Notes under the pieces: model-generated | The model's input: the letters and a program-made list of their open reading frames with translations, nothing else | Databases searched by the model: none | Told to the model about the DNA's origin: nothing | Sequence record: ON286975 | Length of the DNA: 64,000 nt | Strand: one strand, 5' to 3' | Source of the DNA: Escherichia phage I29 | Translations under genes and position numbers: made by a program | In this document: piece by piece, positions 18,864 through 28,745 of the stretch | Position numbering within the stretch: position 1 is the first letter of the stretch | Layout of the letters: each line of letters begins with the position of its first letter

Positions 18864-19952
18864 ATGGCTGTATTTAATGCTGAGAACACCGCTCATAAAA
18901 CTGGTGACTATCCGCTGTTTCTGGGACAGCAAATGGGTATGTACGACTCTATCAACAAAAAATATCCACAACTGTTTGAACTATACAAAAAACAAAAAGA
19001 GCAAGATTGGGCAGAGGATGAAGTGGATTTGTCGCAATCTATTTCAGATTTTGTAACATGCTCAAAGTCAACTTATGACGTGATGGTACAGACCTTGATG
19101 TGGCAATGGGAGGCTGATAGCGTTGCGGCAAGATCGATCATCTGCCTCTTTTCACCATTCATCACTAATAGTGAGCTTTTCACTCTATTGATGAAACAGT
19201 CAGAGATTGAAGTTCTTCACGCACTAACTTACTCAGAGATTGTTAGACAATGCCTCCCCAATGCCCGTGAGATTATAGAAGAGATTCAGGAAAACCAAAA
19301 CGTTCTGAGCAGATCCGGCGTTATTGTCAAATACATGCAAGAGCTTGAGGTTATTGGTGCAAAATACCGCCTGGATCCTTCTAGTGTTGAAGAAGATATT
19401 GTGCGGAAATGCATTCTTAGAGCGCTTTTTGCACTTTTAGCCCTGGAAAGTATTGAGTTTATTGCAAGTTTTGCATGCACTTTCGCAGTAGCTGAACAGG
19501 GTATTTTTGTTCAGGTGGCGCAGCTTGTTCAAAAAATCATGCTTGACGAAATGCTACATTCGAAAGGTGATTTTGCCATCATTGATATCTTGCTTAACGA
19601 TCCCGCATGGGAGAAAAGCTTCCTGGAGATAAAAGGGGAGTTAAAAGAGATTCTTGATGAAGTACGAACCAAAGAGTACGGTTGGAGTGACTATATTTTC
19701 AGCGAAGGAAGAGCGATTATAGGTCTTAACTCACCGTTGCTTAAAGAATGGGTTGACTATAACTGCTCACCGATTTATGATTACTACGACATCGACAAAG
19801 ACTTTGTGCCGCCAACAAAGGACCCGCTACCGTTTATGCAGGTGTGGATGAAACCTTCATTGCAACAGACGGCGAACCAAGAAATGTCGAACACTGACTA
19901 CCGCGTCAACACAACTGTTAACGACGCTGAAGAAGAAATTTGGGAGTTTTAA
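18864..19952 (+). CDS. nrdB: ribonucleotide reductase class Ia beta subunit
   Basis: ~360 aa ORF directly after nrdA; start at MAVFNAEN. Confidence 0.8.
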   Translation: MAVFNAENTAHKTGDYPLFLGQQMGMYDSINKKYPQLFELYKKQKEQDWAEDEVDLSQSISDFVTCSKSTYDVMVQTLMWQWEADSVAARSIICLFSPFITNSELFTLLMKQSEIEVLHALTYSEIVRQCLPNAREIIEEIQENQNVLSRSGVIVKYMQELEVIGAKYRLDPSSVEEDIVRKCILRALFALLALESIEFIASFACTFAVAEQGIFVQVAQLVQKIMLDEMLHSKGDFAIIDILLNDPAWEKSFLEIKGELKEILDEVRTKEYGWSDYIFSEGRAIIGLNSPLLKEWVDYNCSPIYDYYDIDKDFVPPTKDPLPFMQVWMKPSLQQTANQEMSNTDYRVNTTVNDAEEEIWEF

Positions 19953-19955
19953 TAT

Positions 19956-20234
19956 ATGAGCTGCGAAAAATCTTTTTTCATCATCATTTACGGTAAGGAT
20001 AACTGCCCACATTGTGTCAGAGCAAAAGAATTTGCAATCAGCAAAGGTCTGCCTTTTGTATATAAGACACTTGGCGAGGGCTACACAAAAGAAGAGCTTA
20101 TTGAGAAGTGTAGTCCAATCGTCCCCCGAACGTTGCCGCAGATCTTCTTAGAAAGCGATCTTGACAGTATCCATATAGGCGGTGCCGACGATTTCATCTC
20201 TTTTGTTAAGAATGGTTTTGGAGAGAAAAAGTGA
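19956..20234 (+). CDS. glutaredoxin/NrdH-like redoxin
   Basis: CPHC active site near N-terminus, 92 aa, between RNR genes. Confidence 0.7.
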   Translation: MSCEKSFFIIIYGKDNCPHCVRAKEFAISKGLPFVYKTLGEGYTKEELIEKCSPIVPRTLPQIFLESDLDSIHIGGADDFISFVKNGFGEKK

Positions 20235-22369
20235 AAGTTGTAAAACGGGACGGTAGAGAAGAGTTCTATAACGGAATTAAGGTGATCAAGGCGGCAGAGT
20301 CCGCCTTACTTGAGTCTGGACATACTGAAGAAGAAGCTTACCGGATCGCTTGTGCGGTTAATGAAGTTGTTGCTAACAATCTGCCAACCGACCAGTGCAC
20401 GATCTCTGTAAAAAATATCCATATCCTTGTTGAAGATGCTCTTATGGATATGGGTTTAAAATGTGCAGCCAGAGAATACATCCAGTATAGACAGACAAGA
20501 GATAATAACAGAGAGGCAGGTGGAAAACTGCTTGCAGATATTAGTGGCTTCTTGGATCGAACTTGTGATGAATTTACAAAAGAAAACGCAAATAAGCCCA
20601 CTAATCATGTACACACTCATCGTGACCTGCTTGCAGGCATCCTTAGCAAACACCTTGCATCAACACAGATCCTGCCAGACCGTGTCTCCGAAGAGCACAA
20701 TAAAGGCTTCATCCATGTGCATGATCTTGACTACTTGATCAGTCCGTTAACAAACTGTTGTTTGGTAAATTATCCAGATATGCTGGAAAACGGATTCAAC
20801 ATTGGTAACGCCCATGTCAGTAAGCCGAAGTCAATAGGGGTTGCAACAACAATCCTTAGCCAAATCTCCAGTGCGGTAGCTAGTGCTCAATATGGTGGTC
20901 AGACTATGAGCCATATTGATCATTATCTGGCACAGTATGCTGAAGCGACCTATGAGAAGAACCTTAAATTTTGCCAGGAACATTGGTTGCCAGATGCTGA
21001 GACCGTTGCAATGCAAATGACAGATAAAGACGTGTTTGACAGCATGCAGACTTTGCTCTATCAAATCAATACGTTAACCTCTGTCAACGGGCAAACTCCA
21101 TTCATCACATTAAGTTTAGGACTGGATACCTCGGTCTTTGGTAGAATGATTACCAAAAATTACTTGAAAGTCCACAAAATGGGTCTTGGTGAAGAACGGA
21201 TCACACCTGTGTTCCCTAAAGTGCTGTTCTTCCTAGAAGAGGGTGTCAACATGAGCCCTAGAGATCCTAACTATGATTTGAAACGATTAGCTCTGGAATG
21301 CTGTGCAGAACGTATCTATCCTGACTTCGTATCTGTACCACTAAATAGAAAAGTGACAGGCTCGACAGATGGCAAAGTAACGAGCATGGGTTGCCGGAGT
21401 TTTCTTAGCAAATACAATGACTTGGAAACAGGCGAGGAGAAATACCTTGGCAGATTTAACTTAGGCGTTGTTAGCCTTAACCTGCCAATGATTGCGGCAA
21501 AAGCTAAGACGGAAGGTGTTGATTTCTTTGCAGTTCTTGACGAATACTTAGATCTTGCATACGAGGCTCACCTTGTAAGGGTTAACCGTCTAAAAGGAAC
21601 AAAGGCAGGGCAGAACCCCATCATGTGGTGTGAAGGCGCTCTTGCTCGCCTGGATCCTGAAGAAAGTATTGATAAACTCTTCTATGACGGGTACGCTTCC
21701 ATCAGCATTGGGTACATTGGTGTGTATGAAACCTGTCAGATTTTGGGCAGAGAAGGTGACAAGGCTTTAGCTCTTGGAATCCTTCAGCACATGAGAGATG
21801 CTTGTGAGCGATACAAGAAGGAAAGTAGACTAGCATTTAGCTTGTACGGCACTCCTTCTGAGAGTCTATGCTATAAAGCTGCAACCTGTCTGGATCGTGA
21901 ATATCCAGAAGTGTTAAAGCACGAGCATGAATATCTCACCAACAGTTTCCATCAGCCAGTATGGATCAATAGCTCTCCTTTTGATAAGTGGGAGTATGAG
22001 GAAGGTTTTGCTATGATCTCCTCCGGTGGCAACATCGGATACGTAGAGACACCTAACCTGAAAAACAACCTTGATGCTTTAGAGGCTCTTGTTGACTTCG
22101 GGTATAAACACATTATGTATTTTGGTATTAACCAACCTGTGGATAAATGTCTCAAGTGTGGTTTCTCTGGTGAGTTCAGTGCAACAGCTAAAGGGTTCTG
22201 CTGCCCTGCGTGCGGATGCCACGATGAACAATATATCTCAGTGATCCGAAGAGTGTCTGGCTATCTCTCCAGCCCGAACAGTAGGCCGTATAACACAGGT
22301 AAACAAGCAGAGGTTATCGAACGTGTTAAACATGTTGGGAATGTAGACTGTTGTCCGTTGAGTAAATAA
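20231..22369 (+). CDS. nrdD: anaerobic ribonucleotide reductase (class III)
   Basis: 712 aa; C-terminal CLKCG...CPACG zinc ribbon and glycyl-radical RRVSGYLSS. Confidence 0.9.
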   Translation: MKVVKRDGREEFYNGIKVIKAAESALLESGHTEEEAYRIACAVNEVVANNLPTDQCTISVKNIHILVEDALMDMGLKCAAREYIQYRQTRDNNREAGGKLLADISGFLDRTCDEFTKENANKPTNHVHTHRDLLAGILSKHLASTQILPDRVSEEHNKGFIHVHDLDYLISPLTNCCLVNYPDMLENGFNIGNAHVSKPKSIGVATTILSQISSAVASAQYGGQTMSHIDHYLAQYAEATYEKNLKFCQEHWLPDAETVAMQMTDKDVFDSMQTLLYQINTLTSVNGQTPFITLSLGLDTSVFGRMITKNYLKVHKMGLGEERITPVFPKVLFFLEEGVNMSPRDPNYDLKRLALECCAERIYPDFVSVPLNRKVTGSTDGKVTSMGCRSFLSKYNDLETGEEKYLGRFNLGVVSLNLPMIAAKAKTEGVDFFAVLDEYLDLAYEAHLVRVNRLKGTKAGQNPIMWCEGALARLDPEESIDKLFYDGYASISIGYIGVYETCQILGREGDKALALGILQHMRDACERYKKESRLAFSLYGTPSESLCYKAATCLDREYPEVLKHEHEYLTNSFHQPVWINSSPFDKWEYEEGFAMISSGGNIGYVETPNLKNNLDALEALVDFGYKHIMYFGINQPVDKCLKCGFSGEFSATAKGFCCPACGCHDEQYISVIRRVSGYLSSPNSRPYNTGKQAEVIERVKHVGNVDCCPLSK

Positions 22370-22380
22370 GGAAAGAGGTG

Positions 22381-22416
22381 GAGAGCAAGGATGCTCTCAT
22401 TTTTTTTTTTTTTGTT
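22381..22416 (+). terminator. strong intrinsic terminator
   Basis: gagagcaaggatgctctc hairpin followed by a long T run. Confidence 0.7.
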
Positions 22417-22420
22417 TTTA

Positions 22421-22449
22421 TTGACTTCTATTCCTCTTTTCTATAGTAT
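22421..22449 (+). promoter_or_regulatory. sigma70-like promoter
   Basis: TTGACT-15/17-TATAGT. Confidence 0.5.
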
Positions 22450-22487
22450 GCAATATAAAGTGAATAGCGGAAGGGTCTGGTCTGGTA

Positions 22488-23420
22488 ATGAGAAGACTAA
22501 CAACCGAAGAGTTTATAGAAAAAGCTCAGACTATACATGGTGACAAATATGATTACTTCAAAGTGGAGTATAAAAACAACAAGACACCTGTGTGTATAAT
22601 TTGTCCTGAGCACGGTGAGTTCTGGCAAACCCCTGTGGCACATGCTTTCAAGAATCATGGTTGTCCAAGGTGTGGTGGGTCAGCGAAAAAGAACACTGAA
22701 GAGTTCATAAAAGAGGCTATGGCTGTTCATGGGGACAAGTACGATTACTCATTAGTCAAATATGCGAACATGAGAACGCCTGTAAAAATTGTTTGCCCTG
22801 AACACGGTGTGTTTGAACAATACCCTGAAAACCACTTATACCAAAGAAACGGCTGCCCAGAGTGCTATGACTTAAGACGTGGGCAAAGTCAAGCGTTAAC
22901 CCATAAGGAGCATGCTGCAATTATCCACAAAGCCAACCCAGACATAGAAATATTAGAGAAAATTGCCAATGATAACACAAAAGTGCAATGTAGGTGCAAA
23001 ATTTGTGGGTATAAGTGGTCTGCTAAACCTAATAACCTAAAAAGTGGTCGTGGCTGCTGTAAATGCGCACAAAATGGATTCTTATCTCATGAGTACGGTA
23101 AACTCTACATTATGGTTGATGACTTAGAAGTGCCAACACTTATGAAAATCGGTGTATGCGTTAAAATGCACAGGAGGAAAAATGAGGTGCTTAACAGTGC
23201 TCGTAAATCTGGCGCAGGTGTCCACACTCTTCACGTAGTAAAAACATGGAGCGGATCAACTCAAAACATGGTAGATTTAGAAAAATCTGTGCATAAGGCC
23301 TTGAGCAAGTATAAAATAAACTTTCCTGTAAAATTTGACGGTAGCACTGAGTTTTTCTACTACAGGCCTGAAGTGTTTGACACGGTAGAAGAGGTATACA
23401 AGAAGATTTGTGGTAAATGA
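22488..23420 (+). CDS. zinc-ribbon repeat protein with T5orf172/GIY-YIG-like C-terminal domain (homing endonuclease-like, tentative)
   Basis: Tandem CPEHG...NHGCPxC modules; sits between nrdD and nrdG. Confidence 0.35.
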   Translation: MRRLTTEEFIEKAQTIHGDKYDYFKVEYKNNKTPVCIICPEHGEFWQTPVAHAFKNHGCPRCGGSAKKNTEEFIKEAMAVHGDKYDYSLVKYANMRTPVKIVCPEHGVFEQYPENHLYQRNGCPECYDLRRGQSQALTHKEHAAIIHKANPDIEILEKIANDNTKVQCRCKICGYKWSAKPNNLKSGRGCCKCAQNGFLSHEYGKLYIMVDDLEVPTLMKIGVCVKMHRRKNEVLNSARKSGAGVHTLHVVKTWSGSTQNMVDLEKSVHKALSKYKINFPVKFDGSTEFFYYRPEVFDTVEEVYKKICGK

Positions 23421-23472
23421 TTGTAGAAAGATATGCATATCTTAAACATGCTATTAACTAAGGAGGTGCAGT

Positions 23473-23589
23473 ATGTCATCAGGTATTTATAAAATTTGCA
23501 AGTGCGGCTGTAGTTGCAATCTTCGTTGGTGCAAGGCACTAGACGATTTTATTTGGCATTGCCCTAAATGTGATGCGGAGTATCTATGA
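23473..23589 (+). CDS. small Cys-rich zinc-ribbon protein (38 aa)
   Basis: AAGGAGG RBS; CKCGCSCN...CPKCD; not in ORF track (below length cut-off). Confidence 0.4.
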   Translation: MSSGIYKICKCGCSCNLRWCKALDDFIWHCPKCDAEYL

Positions 23590-24059
23590 ACATTGTCGGA
23601 TACACAGAAATATCTTACACCGAAGGGCCAGGTATTAGAACTGCCTTGTGGGTATCTGGGTGCCCACACGCTTGCCCTGGTTGCTTTAATCAGGCATTTT
23701 GGTCAAAAGATAAGGGGAGGGAGTTCACTGAAGAAGACTTGCAAAAAATCTTGTCAGATTTAGATAACCCGTCTGTGTGCGGTATCTCTCTGCTGGGTGG
23801 AGAACCCTTAGCATACTATAATGAGCCAGATATTATTAGCCTGATGGAGAAAATTAAGGAAAAATTTGGTGACAAGAAAACTATTCTTGTATATACTGGG
23901 TTCACATTTGACCATATCTCTAGTGATGTTCTTAAACTGGCTGATATCATCATTGACGGTAAGTATGTAAAAGATTTACCAACCAAGAAACCGTTCCGAG
24001 GCAGTGATAACCAAAGAATGTTTAAAAAAGTATCAGGCGGTTGGGTTCAGGTAGACTAG
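23586..24059 (+). CDS. nrdG: anaerobic ribonucleotide reductase activating protein
   Basis: CPHACPGC radical-SAM-type cysteine cluster. Confidence 0.8.
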   Translation: MNIVGYTEISYTEGPGIRTALWVSGCPHACPGCFNQAFWSKDKGREFTEEDLQKILSDLDNPSVCGISLLGGEPLAYYNEPDIISLMEKIKEKFGDKKTILVYTGFTFDHISSDVLKLADIIIDGKYVKDLPTKKPFRGSDNQRMFKKVSGGWVQVD

Positions 24060-24063
24060 TTGT

Positions 24064-24093
24064 TGACAAAGCTTTGTTTAGATAGGTATAATT
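24064..24093 (+). promoter_or_regulatory. sigma70-like promoter
   Basis: TTGACA-18-TATAAT. Confidence 0.6.
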
Positions 24094-24233
24094 ATCGTAA
24101 AATGAAAGTAGAGGAGGTGCCAAATGGCTAAAAAAGCCTTGAAGAAGGCGTACAAGAAAGAGATTGCGCTTGAGCTTAAGAAAAAACACAAGCGTGAAAA
24201 GAAACATCATGGAGATGAAGAGGGGGTGCAACA

Positions 24234-24584
24234 GTGACACAAGAACGTATCGATTTGGCTAATAAGTTTGTAGATCTCATTTTGCCACGGTTAGTTACTC
24301 AACATGCAGATGCTATTTCTACTAATCTTGATGGCTTACGCCTAATGCTGAATCGCACAGATGACCCTCGTATTCGGGCTGATTTAGAAGCCTCTGCCAA
24401 CAAACTGGAAAAGTTCTTGCAAGTAGACACGCAAGAAGCCTTGCACAAGATTATGGTGGAAGGTTTCTCTAAAGAATTTACCATTAAAGAGCTTAAGGAG
24501 CTGATCCACCAAGAAGAGATGAATATCCGAGTTCAGGCTGTTGCAAGCAGCATGGAAGCGGCTATTGAAAAACTGTTGCAGTAA
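24234..24584 (+). CDS. hypothetical protein
   Basis: ORF in arm orientation. Confidence 0.4.
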   Translation: MTQERIDLANKFVDLILPRLVTQHADAISTNLDGLRLMLNRTDDPRIRADLEASANKLEKFLQVDTQEALHKIMVEGFSKEFTIKELKELIHQEEMNIRVQAVASSMEAAIEKLLQ

Positions 24585-24622
24585 AAGTACTTGGCACATC
24601 TCAATCTGAAAGGAGTCCCAAC

Positions 24623-25411
24623 ATGGGTCGAGCTAAAGAAACAAAACGCATGCGTGATGAAGCTAGAGAGGCTCGCAAATCTGATCGCTTGCGTAAGGCT
24701 GCTGAGAAATTTGCTGACGAAAGAGAGCACACCGCTCCAGCTCTCCGACCAATGAATAAGAAGCAGCAAAAGTATCTTGATTATCTAGGGTCACGTAAGA
24801 TTATTATTGTAAACGGTGTGTTTGGATCCGGTAAGACATTTATGGCATCTGCATATGCAGGTGATCTTCTGCGTAAGAACGAGATTGATAAGATCATTGT
24901 TGCACGTCCTTACGTCCAGACAGGAAAGACTTCAGGATTTAAACCCGGAAATGCAATTCAGAAACTGTGGCCCTATCTTCGAAGCATGATGGACACGATT
25001 TGTCGTCGTGTTGGCAAAGGTGCTTTTGCCGCAATGCTGGGAGACGGTCAGAACAGTCGTATCGAGATTTGTGAGGTTGAAAGCATTCGTGGTCGTAGTT
25101 TCGATGAGCGATGCTTTGTCCTGATTGACGAGGCACAGCAAACTAACCCTGAAGAAATGTTGTCAATTATCACAAGGATCTCTGATCAAGCCACCCTTGT
25201 AATTATGGGTGATAATAGCCAACGTGACATCCCTGGTAAATCTGGCCTTGCGTGGGTGACGGATTTCTTTACTCGTCATCCAGATCCTGAGGTTGGAATG
25301 ATCAGCTTTGATAGTCCAGACGATGTCGTTCGTTCCGGGTTGGGCCGTCAGATCGCACTCAATCTTATTGAGGATCGTGCAAATCATATTTGGACCCCTG
25401 TTTCCGAGTAA
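24623..25411 (+). CDS. phoH: PhoH-like ATPase
   Basis: Walker A GVFGSGKTF, Walker B VLIDEAQ. Confidence 0.85.
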   Translation: MGRAKETKRMRDEAREARKSDRLRKAAEKFADEREHTAPALRPMNKKQQKYLDYLGSRKIIIVNGVFGSGKTFMASAYAGDLLRKNEIDKIIVARPYVQTGKTSGFKPGNAIQKLWPYLRSMMDTICRRVGKGAFAAMLGDGQNSRIEICEVESIRGRSFDERCFVLIDEAQQTNPEEMLSIITRISDQATLVIMGDNSQRDIPGKSGLAWVTDFFTRHPDPEVGMISFDSPDDVVRSGLGRQIALNLIEDRANHIWTPVSE

Positions 25412-25455
25412 TACAGAAGGGTGGTTATTCCACCCTTAAATATCTAAAACAGTTG

Positions 25456-25484
25456 TTGACAAATAGGTAAGCTTTAGATATTAT
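25456..25484 (+). promoter_or_regulatory. sigma70-like promoter
   Basis: TTGACA-17-TATTAT. Confidence 0.55.
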
Positions 25485-25512
25485 TATCGGACAAAACAGA
25501 GAGAAGGACAGT

Positions 25513-25824
25513 ATGGCTACAATACAAGAGAAACTGAATAAAATATACTGCCTGTTTGTCTATAACGGCGAGACAATTTTGGCAAATAAAGGATCCAAGA
25601 ATGTGTGGACCAAGGACAGCGGTGGTAATATAATTAACTTAGCGTTGCTACGTGAGCGCCGACACAGATTCTTTATCGAGTCTCGAATTATTGAAAGCAG
25701 CACTTGCTACAGAACAGGCGATAAAGTAATTGTTGACAATGATACGTGGTATGTGGTAGATTGGCAATCATTGAGTTGTGATGCTTCTGACAATCGTAAG
25801 TACTCCATAGTGATTGCTAAATAA
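25513..25824 (+). CDS. hypothetical protein
   Basis: ORF downstream of promoter. Confidence 0.4.
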   Translation: MATIQEKLNKIYCLFVYNGETILANKGSKNVWTKDSGGNIINLALLRERRHRFFIESRIIESSTCYRTGDKVIVDNDTWYVVDWQSLSCDASDNRKYSIVIAK

Positions 25825-25884
25825 AGGTAAATGTGAATCAGGTTTAAATAAATAGCTTTCAACTTCCAATATTAAGGATTTCTC

Positions 25885-26934
25885 ATGAATTTAACACCTC
25901 GCAGCACCATGGTACACGGCATGAAAGAAAAACAGAACGGTTTCGAACCTATGAGTAATAAAATGTTTGGTATGCCGGGCGGTATCATGGAAACATACAG
26001 CTACCCAACACCTGTTGTTGACCACGTTCTTTATATCGACGATTTGGAGGACCTGCAGGATCATATGTCTCGTCTGCAGACGATCCGTATGGCTCAGCCG
26101 GAAGAAAGCATTCGTGTGATCATCAATAGCCCTGGTGGTTGCGTGCACATTGCAATGGCTTATCTGCAGGCATTCCGCGAGTCTCAGGCAAGCGTTGTTG
26201 CACATGCTGAAGGGATGTGCTGCTCTGCTGGAACAATCTTATGGCTTGGTTGCAAAGAACGTACTGTGGCTCCGGACACAGAATTTATGTTCCACTACTA
26301 TCAAGGTGGCACTTATGGTAACGGTGTTAACATGAATACTCAGGTCAGCTACTGGAAAAAACGTTTTGAACACCTGATCGAAAAATACTACGGTGGGGTG
26401 CTGACAGAAGATGAGATCGCATCCATCACAGCTGGTGGCGAAGTGTGGTTGGACGGAGAAGAGTTGGCAGCACGCACTGGAGCTATTATTCTGGATGAAG
26501 GCAACATACAACGCATCCAGAACGGACAAAAACCGAAAAAGCTTCTGGCAAAAGGTGATGAAGAAGGCGTGTTAGGTGAAGCAGGTCTTCCGGAGATTCA
26601 TCAGTGCACATCTTTAGATGAGTTAGTTCATGCTGTTGAATCTGCAAAAGCGGGTGGTTCGAAAGGTGATGTTCACACTGTGTTCCTGAATCTGCAGATG
26701 GAAAGTGGCGAGACCGTCCGAATTGCCCTGGGTGAGATTACTTCAGAAGATCTGCAGAGATTCTCTGTCGTTGAACTTCAGGATATTCTGTCTCAATTGA
26801 AGACTACTCTGAACGGCGGTGAAGAGGTTAAGGTGAAAGATAAGACTCGCAAGCGTCTTGTGGACAATATTATTAAAACAGCAAAAGAGCTCAATGAAAA
26901 AATCCTGGGTGCAGGAATTGTCGAAGAAGCTTAA
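25885..26934 (+). CDS. ClpP/S14-family serine peptidase-like protein with acidic C-terminal extension
   Basis: INSPGG, GMCCSAGT (Ser), FMFHYYQGG (His) in ClpP-like order. Confidence 0.6.
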   Translation: MNLTPRSTMVHGMKEKQNGFEPMSNKMFGMPGGIMETYSYPTPVVDHVLYIDDLEDLQDHMSRLQTIRMAQPEESIRVIINSPGGCVHIAMAYLQAFRESQASVVAHAEGMCCSAGTILWLGCKERTVAPDTEFMFHYYQGGTYGNGVNMNTQVSYWKKRFEHLIEKYYGGVLTEDEIASITAGGEVWLDGEELAARTGAIILDEGNIQRIQNGQKPKKLLAKGDEEGVLGEAGLPEIHQCTSLDELVHAVESAKAGGSKGDVHTVFLNLQMESGETVRIALGEITSEDLQRFSVVELQDILSQLKTTLNGGEEVKVKDKTRKRLVDNIIKTAKELNEKILGAGIVEEA

Positions 26935-26946
26935 ACATTAATTCTA

Positions 26947-26970
26947 AAGCCCTCTTCGGAGGGCTTTTAT
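26947..26970 (+). terminator. intrinsic terminator-like hairpin
   Basis: aagccctc-ttcg-gagggctt then ttat. Confidence 0.5.
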
Positions 26971-26985
26971 GATCTGGAGATTTGC

Positions 26986-27519
26986 ATGACTTGTGCTAGA
27001 AAACCTGATGAACAACGTAACGCCTACGATGAGTATGTGACACCGGAGTGGTGTGCAGAAGGGCTGTATGACCTTATTCCGTTCCCAGAAGACTGGACCT
27101 ACTTAGAGCCTTGCAGGAATAGTGCCTCAGGTGTGTTCTACTCCCGTATGCCGTTAGGATCTGCATGGGGAGAAATCCAAGAAGGTGTTGACTATCTGAA
27201 TACAGAATACAACCATGTTGACTGTATTATCACCAACCCGCCGTACAGCCTGGCTCGTGAGTTTGTGGACAAGGCGTTGAAAGATGCCGACGTAGTTATT
27301 ATGCTTTTGCGTCTTAATTTTCTGGAAAGCAAGGCCAGATTTGAATGGTGGCTTGATAATGCACCTACCACTGTGATCACAATATCTAAGCGTCCGTCAT
27401 TCCAATCTAATGGTAGAACGGATGGGCAGGCATATGCATATTTTGTGTGGGATAAGAAAAACCGTTTAGACTTGCCGCCATTTATGTGGTTGGCACCCCC
27501 AGAGGTAGACCTGAAATGA
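26986..27519 (+). CDS. small phage-type DNA N6-adenine methyltransferase
   Basis: DCIITNPPYS motif IV. Confidence 0.6.
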   Translation: MTCARKPDEQRNAYDEYVTPEWCAEGLYDLIPFPEDWTYLEPCRNSASGVFYSRMPLGSAWGEIQEGVDYLNTEYNHVDCIITNPPYSLAREFVDKALKDADVVIMLLRLNFLESKARFEWWLDNAPTTVITISKRPSFQSNGRTDGQAYAYFVWDKKNRLDLPPFMWLAPPEVDLK

Positions 27520-27800
27520 AAATGAGTGCTAAGGACAAATTACACCAGTTAGCGCTAAAACGTCCTGTAACGCTCCCTGACGAGCTTAACTCCATTTATG
27601 ATGCGATTGTAGGGGAGATACAAAATAAAGCGTTAGCAGGCTTTCTGGGATGCGGATTTTCGATAAATCTACCGTCGCATCTCTCAGATTACTTCCCGCA
27701 CATTGTTGGAGATTTAAGGGCAGGAGGTTTGCAGGTAGATGTTGTCGGCATCTCTCCAGAGAAAAATAACACGGTTGCCTACTTGACAGTAACCTGGTAG
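27486..27800 (+). CDS. hypothetical protein
   Basis: ORF in arm orientation. Confidence 0.35.
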   Translation: MVGTPRGRPEMKMSAKDKLHQLALKRPVTLPDELNSIYDAIVGEIQNKALAGFLGCGFSINLPSHLSDYFPHIVGDLRAGGLQVDVVGISPEKNNTVAYLTVTW

Positions 27801-27834
27801 TTGTGTATTGTTGTTCTCAACAAGGGGGTCATTT

Positions 27835-28074
27835 ATGTACAAGTCATTCTCAATTTACTCAAGACAGGCGAAACACTACACAGAGATCCTGATTACTCAG
27901 AAAAAATCTGTAGAAGGTGAGTGGGAATATCACCATAAAATGTTGCGTCCAGATTGGGTTTTTGATAGACTTATTGCCATGATCCCTCTTGGGGAAGTAT
28001 ACCCTCTGACAGCCCATCGCGATGCTTGGGATTTAATTGATTACATAGATTCATTTAAGGAGCCTAGATTATGA
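27835..28074 (+). CDS. hypothetical protein
   Basis: Start at MYKSF after AAGGGGG RBS. Confidence 0.35.
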   Translation: MYKSFSIYSRQAKHYTEILITQKKSVEGEWEYHHKMLRPDWVFDRLIAMIPLGEVYPLTAHRDAWDLIDYIDSFKEPRL

Positions 28075-28472
28075 AGATTGAGATTACTAAAGAAGGTAAG
28101 AAAGTGTCCGGCAACTATGCAACAGTAATTCGGGATTTAATGTTTGAAGCCACCAAGATAGGTACATCTAAAGTTGGTCAAACTGTTAGTGTGAAAAGTA
28201 ATATCGCCACAGGAGAGAAGGTATTCATTGTGGTCAAAGGGCAGGATCCTGTGGAAGGAACAGTGGGCCGAGGAGGTTACCTGTGCATTTCTGAAGAGCC
28301 TCGTATGCTAGTGGCTGACTCCGCTACTATAGGTGGGAAACGTGTGTGCGAGGCGGATGAGGTAATGATTATCCAGCCTGTTGACCCAGATGATCCAGCA
28401 ACTTGGGTGGTAGGAAATGAAATCTTCTCTTTAGAAGAGTTATCCTTCCCAGCCCCGCGCTCTGTTCAGTAA
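28071..28472 (+). CDS. hypothetical small acidic protein
   Basis: Tandem small-gene array. Confidence 0.45.
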   Translation: MKIEITKEGKKVSGNYATVIRDLMFEATKIGTSKVGQTVSVKSNIATGEKVFIVVKGQDPVEGTVGRGGYLCISEEPRMLVADSATIGGKRVCEADEVMIIQPVDPDDPATWVVGNEIFSLEELSFPAPRSVQ

Positions 28473-28511
28473 TAATTTATCTTACCAGGGACGGTAGAAG
28501 CAGGAGGTAGC

Positions 28512-28745
28512 ATGAAAGTTAAATTTCTTACAGATTTAGGGTACCCTTCCTTGGTTGACTGTGTTGGTAAAATTGTGGAAGCAAAACGGCTATCTGCAAA
28601 CGAGAATGTTGTCCTGGTTAAAGGGAAGGATTTACTAGCTGCAGGTGCAGAGTCTGGCAGGATCTCTCCTGATTATATGTATTACCTATCTTTAAGTAAT
28701 CTGCCAGAGCGAGGCGGTAAAGGCCTTGAAGTTGTGGAGGAGTGA
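28512..28745 (+). CDS. small acidic protein, MKVKxL paralog family
   Basis: MKVKFLTDLGYP, VKGKDLLAAGA, C-terminal EVVEE. Confidence 0.5.
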   Translation: MKVKFLTDLGYPSLVDCVGKIVEAKRLSANENVVLVKGKDLLAAGAESGRISPDYMYYLSLSNLPERGGKGLEVVEE

